A DNA stretch of 64,000 bases from an uncultured Gemmatimonadales bacterium (GCA_963739455.1 CAVUAK010000001.1:800001-864000); one strand, 5' to 3'; positions 43,882 to 54,732 are shown, counted from the first letter of the stretch. The notes: generated by a model not told the origin, from the letters alone. Program-made: numbers and translations.

Positions 43882-44598
43882 GCCTGGTCTCCCGGCCGCG
43901 CATCGCGCGGCGTGATCTGCACGACGCCGGCCGCTCCCGCGCCGCCGTCGAACTGGACGTGATACTCGCACGCGGTGCACCCGGCGAGGATGTGTGCCTT
44001 CCGGTCCACCGCTGCCGACAGCACCTCCTCGAGGAACCGCCGCTCGGCAACACAGATTTCCGGATAGCGCTCCGCCACCGCCTGGATGGCGCAGTTGTGT
44101 TCCTTGAGCGTTGCCCCATCCCGGCCCGACGCCTGCCACTCGGCCATGTAGCCCTCGTCCGCCAGCGCGCGCGTGACGATCTCCATCCGATGCTCTGGCG
44201 GCTCACCCACCAGTCGTCTCCCGGAGGCGCGCTGCCAGCGCCTCGAAGCGGCCCTCGAGCATCGCCACAGCCCCCGCGCGACCCTCCCGCGCAGCCACCT
44301 GGTCCAGCAGTTGGGTCAGGGTCTCTTCGTACCGCCGCGGAAACAGCGACTCGCTCGAGGCCGAGAGCCGGTACGCGAACACCGGTGCGCCCACACCCCG
44401 ATGCTGGCGCTCGTACACCACCAGCTGCTCGAGCTCGAGTTCCTTGAGGTGGTGGCGCACCGCGTTCAGTGACAACCCGACGTGCCCCGCCAATTCCCTG
44501 GCCGTGAGCTGCCCGGCCCGCTTGAGCGCCATGAGCATCTCGCTCCTGGGACCACGCTGCCCGAAGGGCGGGGAAGACTGTGCGAGGGGTGCCGACAT
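43878..44598 (-). CDS. sufR: SufR-like HTH regulator (frameshift near 44210)
   Basis: HTH AVRHHLKEL, FPRRYE, HNCAI..ICVAE..CTACEY Cys ligands. Confidence 0.85.
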
Positions 44599-44764
44599 AG
44601 GGGGAAAAGATCCCCCCATTCCGCACAAATGTCAATTCACATCAATATTATGGCACAAACTCGATTTCATGATGGGTAGCACTTACAACTACTAATGCTC
44701 CTGGTGTTCCTTGCTCCCTGCTCCCTCTTCCCGCAGTTCAGTTCAGTATTACCATCCCGACCCT

Positions 44765-46167
44765 ATGATTCGCGCCCTGTTTCTGACCCTCGTTGTCGCC
44801 TCATCAGCCTCCCGGGCGCTCGCCCAGGCACCTGGCCAGGCGGGCATGGCGCCAGACACGGTCAACTCCACCCAGCCTGACACGGTCCGCTGGCCCGCCT
44901 ACCAGGAGCCTCGCCCCCAGGTGGCACGTGCCTTCGCCGGCCTCGTCATCGTCAACGGCGCCGCCGTCGCGATCAACAACCTCGCCCGTGACCTCCCGAG
45001 CACCCGGCCCTCGACCTGGTGGCGCAACCTCCGCGGCGGCTGGAACTGGGATGGCAACAACATCAGCACGAACAACATCGAGCACCCCTATGGCGGCGCC
45101 GTGTACTTCAACATCGCCCGGTCCAACGGGCTCTCCTTCTGGGCCTCGGCACCGGTCACGGTCGCCGGCAGCCTCATGTGGGAGTTGTTCGGCGAGCCGG
45201 TGCCGCCTTCCCTGAACGACGTCATCGTCACCAGCCTGAGCGGCATCACGCTCGGCGAGGCCACGCGACGGCTCTCGATGCTGGTGCTCGACAACCATGC
45301 CCATGGCATCGATCGTGTCTGGCGCGAAACGGCCGTGCTCTTCTTCAACCCCGGCATGGGACTCGACCGATTGTCGCGTGGCCAGACCTGGCACCAGCGG
45401 GCCAACCCGCCCGATCGCCGGCCCGAGAACCTCCGGGCGATCTCGCCGTCGGTGCGCGCCGCCTGACCCTGCCCGTGCTCGGCACCTCACCCACCCGCAT
45501 GAACGTCGCCGTCGCCACCTTCGACCTGCAGTACGGCGATCCGTTCGACGGAACCCGCGTGCATCCCTTCTCTTCATTCACGTTCAGCACCGAACTCGCC
45601 AGTGGGCCCAGCACCACCGTCACCGAGCTCGGCACCCGCGGCATGCTGGCGGCGCTCGGGCGCCGCGAAGGCCCCACCCGCCACGTGTCGGGTGTCTTCA
45701 TGGACTTCGAGTACCAGTGGAACGAGGCCTTCCAGTTTTCGCAGCAGAGCTTCGGCATCGGGTTGCTGTCACGCACCGGCAGCAGCGCCTGGCGGCTCAA
45801 CACCGACCTCAGCGCCGAGCTGCTGCCGCTGGTGGCCAGTTCCGATCCCTACGCCGAGGAAACGCGTCAGCCGGATGTACGACTATGGCGCTGGCGTGGG
45901 GGGCGGGCCTTCGCGCAGCTCGAGTACCATCGTTTCCGGGTGCTCTCGGCGGGCTATCGGGCGTTCTGGACCGCCACCGTCAACGGCGCATCACAGTCCA
46001 AGCTGATCCAGTTCGGCACCGTCGAGGCGCGCGCACCGCTGCCCTTCGGCTTGTCGGCCGGCGCCGCGTACAACATGTACCTGCAGCGCAGCACCTACGC
46101 CGCGCGCTCCACGGCGAACGTGTCCCTGCCACAGATGACGATATTCCTCTCAACCTCGGGCCGCTGA
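44765..46167 (+). CDS. DUF3943-domain outer-membrane-type protein (frameshifts near 45440 and 45870-45900)
   Basis: Signal peptide; WD.N...N..EHPYGGAVYF..ARSNG, WELFGE..PSLND. Confidence 0.75.
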
Positions 46168-46201
46168 GCTTACCTTACGTCATGTCCCTCGAGGAGACGG
46201 T

Positions 46202-46519
46202 ATGCTGCCCCTGATGATTGCGCTTGCCACCGCTGCCGTGCCCATGGCGCGCGGCGAGATCTTTGGTGACCTCCGCCTTGGCGACAAGTACGTCGCCGAT
46301 GTGAAGCTCCAGCTCACCTGCGGCGCCGAGAGCGTCGAGGGAACCACCGACAAGTCAGGCTCGTTCCGGCTCACGGTGAAGGGAAGCGGGAAGTGCCAGC
46401 TGAAGGTCACCTACGACAAGCAGACCCCGTCCATCGACGTCGTGCTCTTCGACCAGCCGGCGCGCTACCGGTTCCAGATCGAGCAAGCCGACGGGAAGTA
46501 CGTCCTCAAGCGGGTGTAG
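46202..46519 (+). CDS. Small secreted beta-rich protein
   Basis: GAGGAG RBS, signal peptide, two Cys, TDKSGSF motif of prealbumin-like folds. Confidence 0.75.
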   Translation: MLPLMIALATAAVPMARGEIFGDLRLGDKYVADVKLQLTCGAESVEGTTDKSGSFRLTVKGSGKCQLKVTYDKQTPSIDVVLFDQPARYRFQIEQADGKYVLKRV

Positions 46520-46522
46520 CGC

Positions 46523-47422
46523 ATGGCCGACGAAGAGATGACGATCGTCAAGGACGACAAGGACCGGTGGGACAAGCTCGCCATCATCCTTGCGCCCGTC
46601 GGCGGGCTTCTTACCGCGCTGGCCGTGGCGAGCCTCGGCATCTTCGGCTCGCGCGCGCTCGACCAGCGGCAGAGCAGCGAGGCCAAGCTTCGCCTCTATT
46701 CGGAGCTGATGAGCAAGCGCGAAGAGTCGGAAGCGACGCTGCGGAAGGAGATGTTCCAGTCCATCATCGGGTCATTCTTCGACGCGCAGTCCACCTCGCT
46801 CGAAGCCAAGCTCCTGAAGATGGAGCTCCTCGCCCAGAATTTTCACGAGGCACTCAACCTCACTCCGTTGTTCCAGCACATGCGTCGCGAGATCGGGGCC
46901 GCGCCCATCGCGCCTTCGCTGAAACGGCAATACGAGGGACGGCTCAGCGAGCTCGCCCGGGAAATCACCCGCAAGCAGATGATCGTGCTCGAATCCGGCG
47001 GCCAGCGCTTCGACTGGACCGTGCTGATGAGCGACAGCCTCATCAACGGCACCAAGACGGAGACGCTGGAAGACGTCGAGCTCACCCTCGATAACGTCAA
47101 GCGCCGCTTCCGCGTCACCCTCTATCAAGTCGACACCGTCTCGCGGGAAATCCGTCTCGGCCTAGAGATCGCGACGCCCCCGCAGCCTGACGTCTCCCCG
47201 ACGGAGACGGGACGCTTTGCGGTGGAATTTTCGGTGGGATTCTTCAGCACGCCCATGATCGACAACACCCGGCTCTCCAACGACCAGCGCGTCGCCATGG
47301 TGCTGACCAACTTGAACAACGCCGGCGCGGGCCTGAGCCTGGTCTACTTCCCCGGCTCTCGCGCCAGTCTCAGGGAAAAGCCGTACTACGAGGAAATCCT
47401 CCGGAAACTCGCGGGCCAGTAG
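46523..47422 (+). CDS. Single-TM hypothetical protein
   Basis: KDRWDK followed by TM, helical region, beta-rich C-terminus; starts 3 nt after the upstream stop. Confidence 0.8.
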   Translation: MADEEMTIVKDDKDRWDKLAIILAPVGGLLTALAVASLGIFGSRALDQRQSSEAKLRLYSELMSKREESEATLRKEMFQSIIGSFFDAQSTSLEAKLLKMELLAQNFHEALNLTPLFQHMRREIGAAPIAPSLKRQYEGRLSELAREITRKQMIVLESGGQRFDWTVLMSDSLINGTKTETLEDVELTLDNVKRRFRVTLYQVDTVSREIRLGLEIATPPQPDVSPTETGRFAVEFSVGFFSTPMIDNTRLSNDQRVAMVLTNLNNAGAGLSLVYFPGSRASLREKPYYEEILRKLAGQ

Positions 47423-47439
47423 GGCCCGCGCTGTCGCAG

Positions 47440-48153
47440 TTACGGTTGTAACACCGTAATCCTCACCTCATCGAACTGTTTCGCCTGCATCACGCCCCCG
47501 GCGGCATACGCGGGGTCCACAGTTCCCAGCCGCAGCCGCTGCACCTGCACACCCACATCACACTGCTCGCCGGGATTGAGCGGTGGCAGCAGGTCGGGCT
47601 CGATCAGCACGGTAGCCGTCCCCGGATCACCGACGACCGTCGCGGTCTGCACCGTGCCGGCACCGGGCCGGGTGCACGCGATGCTGCGCAAGATGACCTG
47701 CATCTGGTCCGCAGTTCCTGACGGAGCCCAGGTTACCTCGAGGTTGTTGCCCGCCGTTGCGATGATGCCGTCCTGTGGGGCGGTGAGGACGAGTGGTTCC
47801 GGCATCGTCACTTGCGAGCTCGGCGCGTTGCCCCCGTCGGAGCGCCGCAGCGCGATGGTGATCGTGGTTCCCGGATCCAGCTGCGTCAGGCTCGCGGCGT
47901 AGTAGCCAGACCCCAGGGGGCTGAGACTCCATCGCATCGGCTTTTCCTGTCCAGCAGCCGATACACTGAGCACGTCGCTGTCCGGCAGCCGCACGCTTGC
48001 AAATTGATCCGCCGAGAACTGACCGATCACGAACGTGATGGTGTTTGGCGCCGCCGAGACACTGAAATCGGGAACCAGCTGCGACGTAGGGGTCGACCCA
48101 CCGGTGCCGTCAGAACAGGCGGCCACGCCCGCTGCCAACATCACTGTCGGCAT
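47440..48153 (-). CDS. Hypothetical lipoprotein
   Basis: Lipobox VAAC, beta-rich body with Cys pair; start uncertain. Confidence 0.65.
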   Translation of the reverse strand: MPTVMLAAGVAACSDGTGGSTPTSQLVPDFSVSAAPNTITFVIGQFSADQFASVRLPDSDVLSVSAAGQEKPMRWSLSPLGSGYYAASLTQLDPGTTITIALRRSDGGNAPSSQVTMPEPLVLTAPQDGIIATAGNNLEVTWAPSGTADQMQVILRSIACTRPGAGTVQTATVVGDPGTATVLIEPDLLPPLNPGEQCDVGVQVQRLRLGTVDPAYAAGGVMQAKQFDEVRITVLQP

Positions 48154-48273
48154 TGCCGCCAGCAGTCTAAACCGCCGTATCTCATTGATACATAATGTTT
48201 TATAGGCTGACGAATCTCTGGAGGTGATGCAAGGGCAGTTGACAGTTCGCCCTGCGGGACCGACCTTGGCTCC

Positions 48274-48840
48274 ATGGCCGTCCGTCGAATTCGCCTTCTC
48301 GGCGATCCTGTGCTGCGTGAACGCTGCGAAATGATCGCCAACCCACAATCGGCGGCGATCCGGGTCGTGGTGGACGACCTCGCCGACACCCTGCACGACT
48401 GGCAGTCGCGTCACGGCTGCGGTCGTGGCGTCGCGGCTCCGCAGATCGGCGCACCGCTCCGCCTCGTCTACATCGAGATGGACCAGCCCTGGGTACTCGT
48501 CAATCCGGAGATCGTCGACATCGGTGACGAGGACTTCACCGTGTGGGATGATTGCTTCTCGTATCCCAACCTGCTGGTGCGCGTACTGCGATCGTACCGC
48601 ATCCGGGTGCGCTACCACGACCTTCGCGGCAAGGCGCACGAAGCCGAGTTCGAGGGCGACCGCGCCGAACTGCTGCAGCACGAAATCGATCATCTCGACG
48701 GGGTACTCACCGTAGATCGCCCGCATGGACTCGATCCCTTCTGTCTCAGGGAAGAATGGAATCGGCTCTATTCTACCGCGGACCGATACGGTGAACCGGA
48801 GTTGCGCTCCGCCCCCTACGCGGCGCCGGTGCTGTACTGA
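48274..48840 (+). CDS. def: Peptide deformylase (variant motif 2)
   Basis: GDPVLR, GRGVAAPQIG, DDCFS, QHEIDHLDG. Confidence 0.88.
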   Translation: MAVRRIRLLGDPVLRERCEMIANPQSAAIRVVVDDLADTLHDWQSRHGCGRGVAAPQIGAPLRLVYIEMDQPWVLVNPEIVDIGDEDFTVWDDCFSYPNLLVRVLRSYRIRVRYHDLRGKAHEAEFEGDRAELLQHEIDHLDGVLTVDRPHGLDPFCLREEWNRLYSTADRYGEPELRSAPYAAPVLY

Positions 48841-48865
48841 AGCACGGCGGCACCGCACCACCCTC

Positions 48866-50953
48866 CTAGAACCAGCGGAACACCCGGACCATCAGCGCCT
48901 CCTGGCCGCCGGTGGCCCAGCCATAGCCTACCTTCACCGGACCGAGCGGCGTCAGTGCGCCAATACCAAGACGGATCCCCCCGAGCCAGGAATCGCCGGC
49001 GAAGAAGTGATCCTCCTCGCTGATGCTGCCCGCGCCGAGATCGAACTGCAGCTCGAGCGGGCCCACAAGGCGATACCAGAACTCGCCCTGGCCCGACAGC
49101 TCCATGCTCCCGCGAAGCTGCGCCGGCTTGATTCCAGGAAATCCGTAAGCGCCGCCAAGGGCGAAGGTGAGCTGCAGCGGCAGGTCAGAGCCGACGCCCG
49201 CCCGGAGCAGTGAGCGGATTCCGTATCTCGGTGTGCTCCACGGCAGCTGTACCTGCAGGAACGCCCTGCTGTAGGATGACGTGTAGCTGGCCTCCAGCAG
49301 CACCTGACTGGCGTCGAAGCCGAGGAAACGCTGCGCCCGCACCGTGCCACCCGCCGCTGAGCCGTCTGGAACGTCCGGCTCATACCACAGCCGGCCTTCC
49401 GCCCCGAACGCCACGATCCATCCGTCGCCCAGGCTGCGCTCGACGCCCAGGAACCCGGTCAGGTCTCGCGTGTCGATCGACGGTAGCTCGGTGCCGGCCT
49501 CGGTGTATACCGGGATCCGCTCCAGTCCGCCGTTGATCGTGAGCGCCGGTGCCAGTGTGTGCCACCGGTAACGGAAATTCTTGCGCACGCCGAGCAGCAC
49601 CTCGTCTCGAAGGCCACCCACCTGGACCCGCATGCTCGTTTCGAGTCCGATCCCGAATGCATCGCGCAGCAGCACGCCCATCCACGCCGCGCCGCCCATG
49701 ACGTTGTCGTAGGCCACGGCCCCGGCGGCGTAGAAGCGCGGCGCCGGCCGCACCACCGGCGTGAAGGAGACGCTGTCACCGTAGCCGCTCGGGTAGAGCC
49801 ACACCGCATCCACCCGCGACGATTGCACCAGACGGTTCGTACGCTTCGACAGCAGTGCGTAGGGGATCGAGTCCCCGGCGATCAGGCCCAGGTCGGCCAG
49901 CACGCCGATCGCGGGGTCTCGCTGGCCCTTGAGCGCGGCGTCCTTCTCGCTCGCGAGGGAGATGTCCGCCACGTAGCGCGGCATGACCGGGACTCGGCGC
50001 CCGGTGTTGTTGAGGGGGTTGAGGCAGGACACCTGCTGGAACACCGAGTCGGCCGTCTTCACGCCCAGGTTCAGGATCGCATCCGCCTTTTCGGGTGCGA
50101 AGTCGAGCGTGCCGAAGCCCTGCACCGGGAAGAGCACGTGAATGTCATCGGGACCGAGCTCACCCATCGGCTGGTCCGCGAGGTAGTCGAGCAGGCGCGC
50201 CGCCACGGCGGCGCCCGAGAGGAGCGGGACGGTGTCGGACTGCGGGATGCTCACGTCCGACACGATCACGCGCACCGCGCCGAGCTCTCGTGCAATTCCC
50301 ACCGGAACATTGGCCACCAGCCCGCCATCGGCCAGGTAGCTGCCGTCCATGTGGATGGGCGTGAATACCAGCGGGATCGAGATGCTCGCGCGGACCGCGC
50401 GGGGCAGGTCACCGCTTCCAATCACCACAGGCTTGTGGGTGCGCAGGTCGGTTGCCACGGCCCGGAACGGAATCGGGAGCGAGTCGAAGTTGCCCCGCGA
50501 GCCGATGTTGCCGAGCATCAGCTTCTGCTCCAGCAGAGCGTTCACGTCCCGCTCGTTGAGCGCACCGGTCTGCAGCCCCGACACGCCCTCGCCCTCGACA
50601 AACGCCACCATTGGCTGCCGCGTGCCCAGGGAACGCGGCGTCACCGGGTCGAAGGTGTGGATGAGCGCGCCGCCCGGCGCGTGCCGGACGATCGAGTCGA
50701 TCTGCTTGCCCGTGTAGCCGGCGGCATACATGGCACCTACCACCGACCCCATGCTCGTCCCCACGATGAGGTCGGGCACGATACCGAGCGAGTCGAGGAT
50801 CTTGAGCACCCCGATGTGCGCCAGGCCCTTGGCCCCGCCACCCGAGAGCACCAGCGCCGTCCTGGCTGGCGCGCAGCTCCCGATCTGGGCGTACGCGGAG
50901 CGAACCGCGAATCCCGCGAGCAGCGCGGCGGTGGCAAGGAAGCGAAGAAACAT
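48866..50953 (-). CDS. Patatin-like phospholipase with C-terminal beta-barrel-like region
   Basis: Signal peptide, GGGAKG, GTSMG, DGG, amphipathic strands, terminal Phe. Confidence 0.85.
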   Translation of the reverse strand: MFLRFLATAALLAGFAVRSAYAQIGSCAPARTALVLSGGGAKGLAHIGVLKILDSLGIVPDLIVGTSMGSVVGAMYAAGYTGKQIDSIVRHAPGGALIHTFDPVTPRSLGTRQPMVAFVEGEGVSGLQTGALNERDVNALLEQKLMLGNIGSRGNFDSLPIPFRAVATDLRTHKPVVIGSGDLPRAVRASISIPLVFTPIHMDGSYLADGGLVANVPVGIARELGAVRVIVSDVSIPQSDTVPLLSGAAVAARLLDYLADQPMGELGPDDIHVLFPVQGFGTLDFAPEKADAILNLGVKTADSVFQQVSCLNPLNNTGRRVPVMPRYVADISLASEKDAALKGQRDPAIGVLADLGLIAGDSIPYALLSKRTNRLVQSSRVDAVWLYPSGYGDSVSFTPVVRPAPRFYAAGAVAYDNVMGGAAWMGVLLRDAFGIGLETSMRVQVGGLRDEVLLGVRKNFRYRWHTLAPALTINGGLERIPVYTEAGTELPSIDTRDLTGFLGVERSLGDGWIVAFGAEGRLWYEPDVPDGSAAGGTVRAQRFLGFDASQVLLEASYTSSYSRAFLQVQLPWSTPRYGIRSLLRAGVGSDLPLQLTFALGGAYGFPGIKPAQLRGSMELSGQGEFWYRLVGPLELQFDLGAGSISEEDHFFAGDSWLGGIRLGIGALTPLGPVKVGYGWATGGQEALMVRVFRWF

Positions 50954-51073
50954 GGGAGCCGTAACTTAGTCCGCGACCCGGCGGCCCGCGGCCCCCTTGC
51001 GCCCGTTCCGGCGCACTTCTATACCTATGGCCATCGCGCCGCGACTGCGGCGACCCCCGAATGGAGAAGGCGA

Positions 51074-51337
51074 ATGACGTATGTGATCACCGAAGCCTGC
51101 ATCGGCGTGAAGGACCGAGCCTGTGTGGATGTCTGTCCCGTGGACTGCATCTACGAAAGCGAGGACCAGCTCTACATCCACCCCGATGAGTGCATCGATT
51201 GCGGCGCCTGTGAACCGGAGTGCCCGGTGTCAGCCATCTTCCCCGAGGAAGACGTGCCCGACAACATGCAGGCGTACATCGAGAAGAACAAAGTCGTGTT
51301 CGACAGCGATACGCCGCCGGGACGGCCGAAGCGCTAA
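51074..51337 (+). CDS. fdxA: 7Fe ferredoxin (FdxA type)
   Basis: [38 protein letters not shown]. Confidence 0.92.
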   Translation: MTYVITEACIGVKDRACVDVCPVDCIYESEDQLYIHPDECIDCGACEPECPVSAIFPEEDVPDNMQAYIEKNKVVFDSDTPPGRPKR

Positions 51338-51362
51338 GGCGTGAGGACGTGAGGCAGCAAAT

Positions 51363-51393
51363 AAAGGGGCGGCCCATGTGGGACCGCCCCTTT
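51363..51393. terminator. Intrinsic terminator, possibly bidirectional
   Basis: AAAGGGGCGG..CCGCCCCTTT. Confidence 0.75.
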
Positions 51394-51444
51394 GTCGTTC
51401 GCGCTGTTCGCCCCCTTCACGTCTTCACGTCTTCACGTCTTGAA

Positions 51445-51556
51445 GGGGGGGAGACCCGCGGGGCCGTACAAGCTGGCCGCGACCCCGGGGCCTTGGGGAG
51501 AAGCACCACCAACTGAAGACGGGGCCGATTAAAGAGAAGTTCAGCGCGACCGTCTT
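51445..51556 (-). ncRNA. Candidate structured small RNA
   Basis: Non-coding gap with three successive stems and UCUCCCC motifs; family not recognised. Confidence 0.3.
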
Positions 51557-51605
51557 GGATATAGACGCCCGGGAGGCCCGAAAGGTTTCGTGTGGTGGAT
51601 GACGG

Positions 51606-52823
51606 TCAGGGCAGGGCAGGCAGTGACTTGAGGAAATCCTGGAGTAGCGCATTCACCACCGCCGGTGCTTCGAGCGGCGGCAGGTGGCCGGTATTGGGTA
51701 CCACCTCGAGGCGTGCTCCGGGCACCGCCGAAGCCATCGCACGAGCCATCTCCACCGGGGTCATCACATCATCCTCACCCACCACGATCATGGTGGGCAG
51801 GTCGTCCAGCGTGGCCAGCAGCGCCGTCGAATCACTCCGGTCGCGCATGGCCGCGAGGGCTCCTGCAATGCCCGCAACAGGGGCCGCCAGCATCATCCCC
51901 CGCACCCGCTCGACCACGTGCGGCATCGAGCGCGACGCACCCGGTGCCAGCATGCGGGGCAGCATCTGCTCCGCGATCGCCGCCGCGCCCTGCTCCCGTG
52001 CCAGTGAGGCCTGCTGGTCGCGGGCCCGGCGCACGTCGGGGGCGTCAGCATCGGCGCGCGTATCGAACAGCACCAGCGCCCGCACCCGTTCGCGATGCCG
52101 GCGCAGGAACTCGAAGGCGACATACCCGCCCATCGAAAGCCCCACCAGCACCACCTCGTCCACCTGCAGCGCTTCGAGCAGTGCCGCCAGGTCGTCGGCA
52201 TAGGTGGGCATGCTGTACCCCAGGTCCGGGGCATCCGACAGGCCCAGCCCCCGGAGATCCGGCGCAATGAGGCGGTGTCCCTCGAGGCCACCCAGTTGCG
52301 GCGCCCACAGGGTGCGATCGAGTGGATAGCCATGGACCAGCAGGACAGCGGGCCCATCGCCCCGTACCTCGACCGCGAGACTCACCCCGTTCACGGTCAT
52401 CCGCTGCACCCCGGCCGGCTCCAGGGCGCGCGTCGTGAGGAACTGGCCCAGGTCGGCCGGGACCGGCGTCGGCCGGCCACTCCGATCGATGCACACAAAG
52501 ACAAACTCGGCGGTGGCGATGAGCCGGTCGTCCCCCACCCGGCGGGCCGTCTGCCGCATCGTGAAGCTGGTCCGGCCGTGGTGGGTCAGGGCCTGGTGAA
52601 AGCGGAGCACATCCCCGGGAAAGGCCGGGGCGTGATAGTCGATGGCCGTCTTCCGCACCGCCGGCCAGACACCCTGTGCCGTGAACACGTCCATCCCCGG
52701 ACCACGCGCGAGCATCTCCCAGCGCGCCCGCTCGAACAGGCTCAGGAACGACGCCTGGTTCAGGTGGCCGAAGGCGTCACATTCGTCGGGGTAGACCGTG
52801 AGGTCGATTTCTTGGGCGGTCAT
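51606..52823 (-). CDS. Hotdog thioesterase fused to alpha/beta hydrolase
   Basis: ECDAFGHLNQASF (4HBT/YbgC type), then HGYP, GLSMGG, D, GH triad in one frame. Confidence 0.85.
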   Translation of the reverse strand: MTAQEIDLTVYPDECDAFGHLNQASFLSLFERARWEMLARGPGMDVFTAQGVWPAVRKTAIDYHAPAFPGDVLRFHQALTHHGRTSFTMRQTARRVGDDRLIATAEFVFVCIDRSGRPTPVPADLGQFLTTRALEPAGVQRMTVNGVSLAVEVRGDGPAVLLVHGYPLDRTLWAPQLGGLEGHRLIAPDLRGLGLSDAPDLGYSMPTYADDLAALLEALQVDEVVLVGLSMGGYVAFEFLRRHRERVRALVLFDTRADADAPDVRRARDQQASLAREQGAAAIAEQMLPRMLAPGASRSMPHVVERVRGMMLAAPVAGIAGALAAMRDRSDSTALLATLDDLPTMIVVGEDDVMTPVEMARAMASAVPGARLEVVPNTGHLPPLEAPAVVNALLQDFLKSLPALP

Positions 52824-52904
52824 GGCTGGAAGTTACGTCCCGGTGTTGGACACGGCGAGCAGACGCCTTAACTCTTAACTCTCAACTCTCCAACTCTGGA
52901 CCCC

Positions 52905-53078
52905 ATGAAGCCACCCACCGACTATATCCGCCACGCCGCCCGGCTCGCGCGAAAGCTCCAGCTCGATGCCGCGATGGGAGGTACACCGCAACCCGACGCC
53001 GAATTCTTCAAGGCGCTGAGCAAGGCGCTGGACGAGGTCGCCGCCGGGCTGGAAATGGTCTCCCAGCGGGAGCGATAG
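52905..53078 (+). CDS. Small helical hypothetical protein (57 aa)
   Basis: Read manually: MKPPTDYIRHAARLARKLQLDAAMGG...SQRER; GGA upstream, hairpin over the stop. Confidence 0.55.
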   Translation: MKPPTDYIRHAARLARKLQLDAAMGGTPQPDAEFFKALSKALDEVAAGLEMVSQRER

Positions 53079-53251
53079 GCCCGCTCCCGTTGCTGTTCCC
53101 GATCCCTTTTGCCCACTATTGTAGATACAGCATCACGTCACTGACGCAACACCATCGCAACACTGCCGCCTAGAAACCGTCTCACGTTCCCGTTCTAACC
53201 ATTTGAAGCGCACAGGGTTGCGATACAGAGGCGCCTAGCCCAGTTTTCGGC

Positions 53252-54436
53252 GTGACCTCTCACCAGCCATCCTCCGCGCCGGCACCAGCAGAAACCCTGC
53301 TGATCGCTGATCAGGCGTCTTTTGACAGCCTGATGCCACGGCTCGCGGCGACCGGACTGCTCGCCGTGGACACCGAGGCGGCAAGCTTCCACAAGTACCT
53401 GGATCGGGTCTACCTGCTGCAACTCTCCACCCGCGACGAGACCTTTGTGGTCGATCCGCTGGCGGTGAAAGACCTTTCCGCGTTCGGGGCAACGCTCGCG
53501 GATCCCGCGGTCGAGGTGGTGTTCCATGACGCCGACTACGACCTTCGGTTGCTCCACCACGAGTTCGGCTTCAAGGCCACCCATCTCTTCGACACCCGGG
53601 TGGCCGCGCAGTTGCTCGACGAGCCGGGCATCGGCCTGGCTGCGCTGCTGGAGAAGTACCTGCAGGTCAACGTCGACAAGCGCTTCCAGCGGGCCGACTG
53701 GTCAATTCGGCCCCTCTCAGCCGAGATGCTCGCCTACGCCGCAGGCGATACCCGGAACCTCGCCGAACTGCGCGATATCCTGCGGAACCGCCTCATGGAA
53801 CTGGGGCGGCTGGCGTGGGCGGAGGAAGAGTTCGTGGTCATGGAGGGGGCGCGGTGGGACATCGGGGAAGCCGCCGAGCCGGGCTGGCTCCGGCTCAAGG
53901 GGGCCAAGCTCCTCAAGCCCCGCGAACTGGCGGTGCTGCGCTCAGTGCATCAGTGGCGTGACGAACAGGCCCGGAAGCTCGACCGGGCAGCCTTCCGCAT
54001 CCTGAACAACGAGCCGATCCTGGCCATGGCCAAGGCGCCACCGCGCGACATGGAATCGCTGAAGCGCATCCCGGGCATCGGGCCCGACCAGGCAGAGCGT
54101 CGCGGGCGCCAGATCCTGGCCGCGGTTGAGGAAGCGCTCGCCATTCCGGACAGTGACCTGCCCCGGCTCGAGCGCGCCCCGCGCCGCGCCGCCGACCCTG
54201 CACTCGACGCGCGCCTCGAGCGCCTCAAGCTGGCGCGGAATCGCCTCGCGGCGCGGTACCCGCTGCAGCCAGGCGTGCTGTGCCCCAACGGCACGCTGGA
54301 AGCCATCGCGCGCACCAACCCGAAGAACCTCGAAGCACTGGCAACCACCCCCGCCATCCGCCGCTGGCAGGTGGCCGAGATCGGCGCCGAACTCCTGGCC
54401 GCTCTTCCCGAGCCGCCGACGCCCGGAGCTCAGTAG
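53252..54436 (+). CDS. rnd: Ribonuclease D with HRDC domains
   Basis: AVDTE, LLQLST, HDADYD, FDTRVAA, DWSIRPL, YAAGD. Confidence 0.9.
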   Translation: MTSHQPSSAPAPAETLLIADQASFDSLMPRLAATGLLAVDTEAASFHKYLDRVYLLQLSTRDETFVVDPLAVKDLSAFGATLADPAVEVVFHDADYDLRLLHHEFGFKATHLFDTRVAAQLLDEPGIGLAALLEKYLQVNVDKRFQRADWSIRPLSAEMLAYAAGDTRNLAELRDILRNRLMELGRLAWAEEEFVVMEGARWDIGEAAEPGWLRLKGAKLLKPRELAVLRSVHQWRDEQARKLDRAAFRILNNEPILAMAKAPPRDMESLKRIPGIGPDQAERRGRQILAAVEEALAIPDSDLPRLERAPRRAADPALDARLERLKLARNRLAARYPLQPGVLCPNGTLEAIARTNPKNLEALATTPAIRRWQVAEIGAELLAALPEPPTPGAQ

Positions 54437-54729
54437 CCCAGGAAGGCCTTTACCCGAGGGTCCATCCGCTCCGGCGTCCAGAACGGCTCCCACACCAGCT
54501 CCACCTCCACCGCAGTAATCCCCTCGAGCTCGCTCGCGACCCGGCGCGCATCTTCCATGATCTCGGCACCCGACGGACACCCCGGCGACGTCAGCGTCAT
54601 GTTGATGTGCGCCACCCCCTCCTCACTCACCGTGACGTCGTAGACCAGCCCGATGTCGATGATGTTGAGGTTGAGCTCGGGGTCCTTCACCGCGCGTAGC
54701 GCCTTGCGCACGCTCTCTCCAGTCTGCAT
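54430..54729 (-). CDS. sufT: DUF59/SufT metal-sulfur cluster assembly factor
   Basis: DPEL..NI.DIGLVY, TLTSPGCP, WEPFWT. Confidence 0.88.
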   Translation of the reverse strand: MQTGESVRKALRAVKDPELNLNIIDIGLVYDVTVSEEGVAHINMTLTSPGCPSGAEIMEDARRVASELEGITAVEVELVWEPFWTPERMDPRVKAFLGY

Positions 54730-54732
54730 CTG

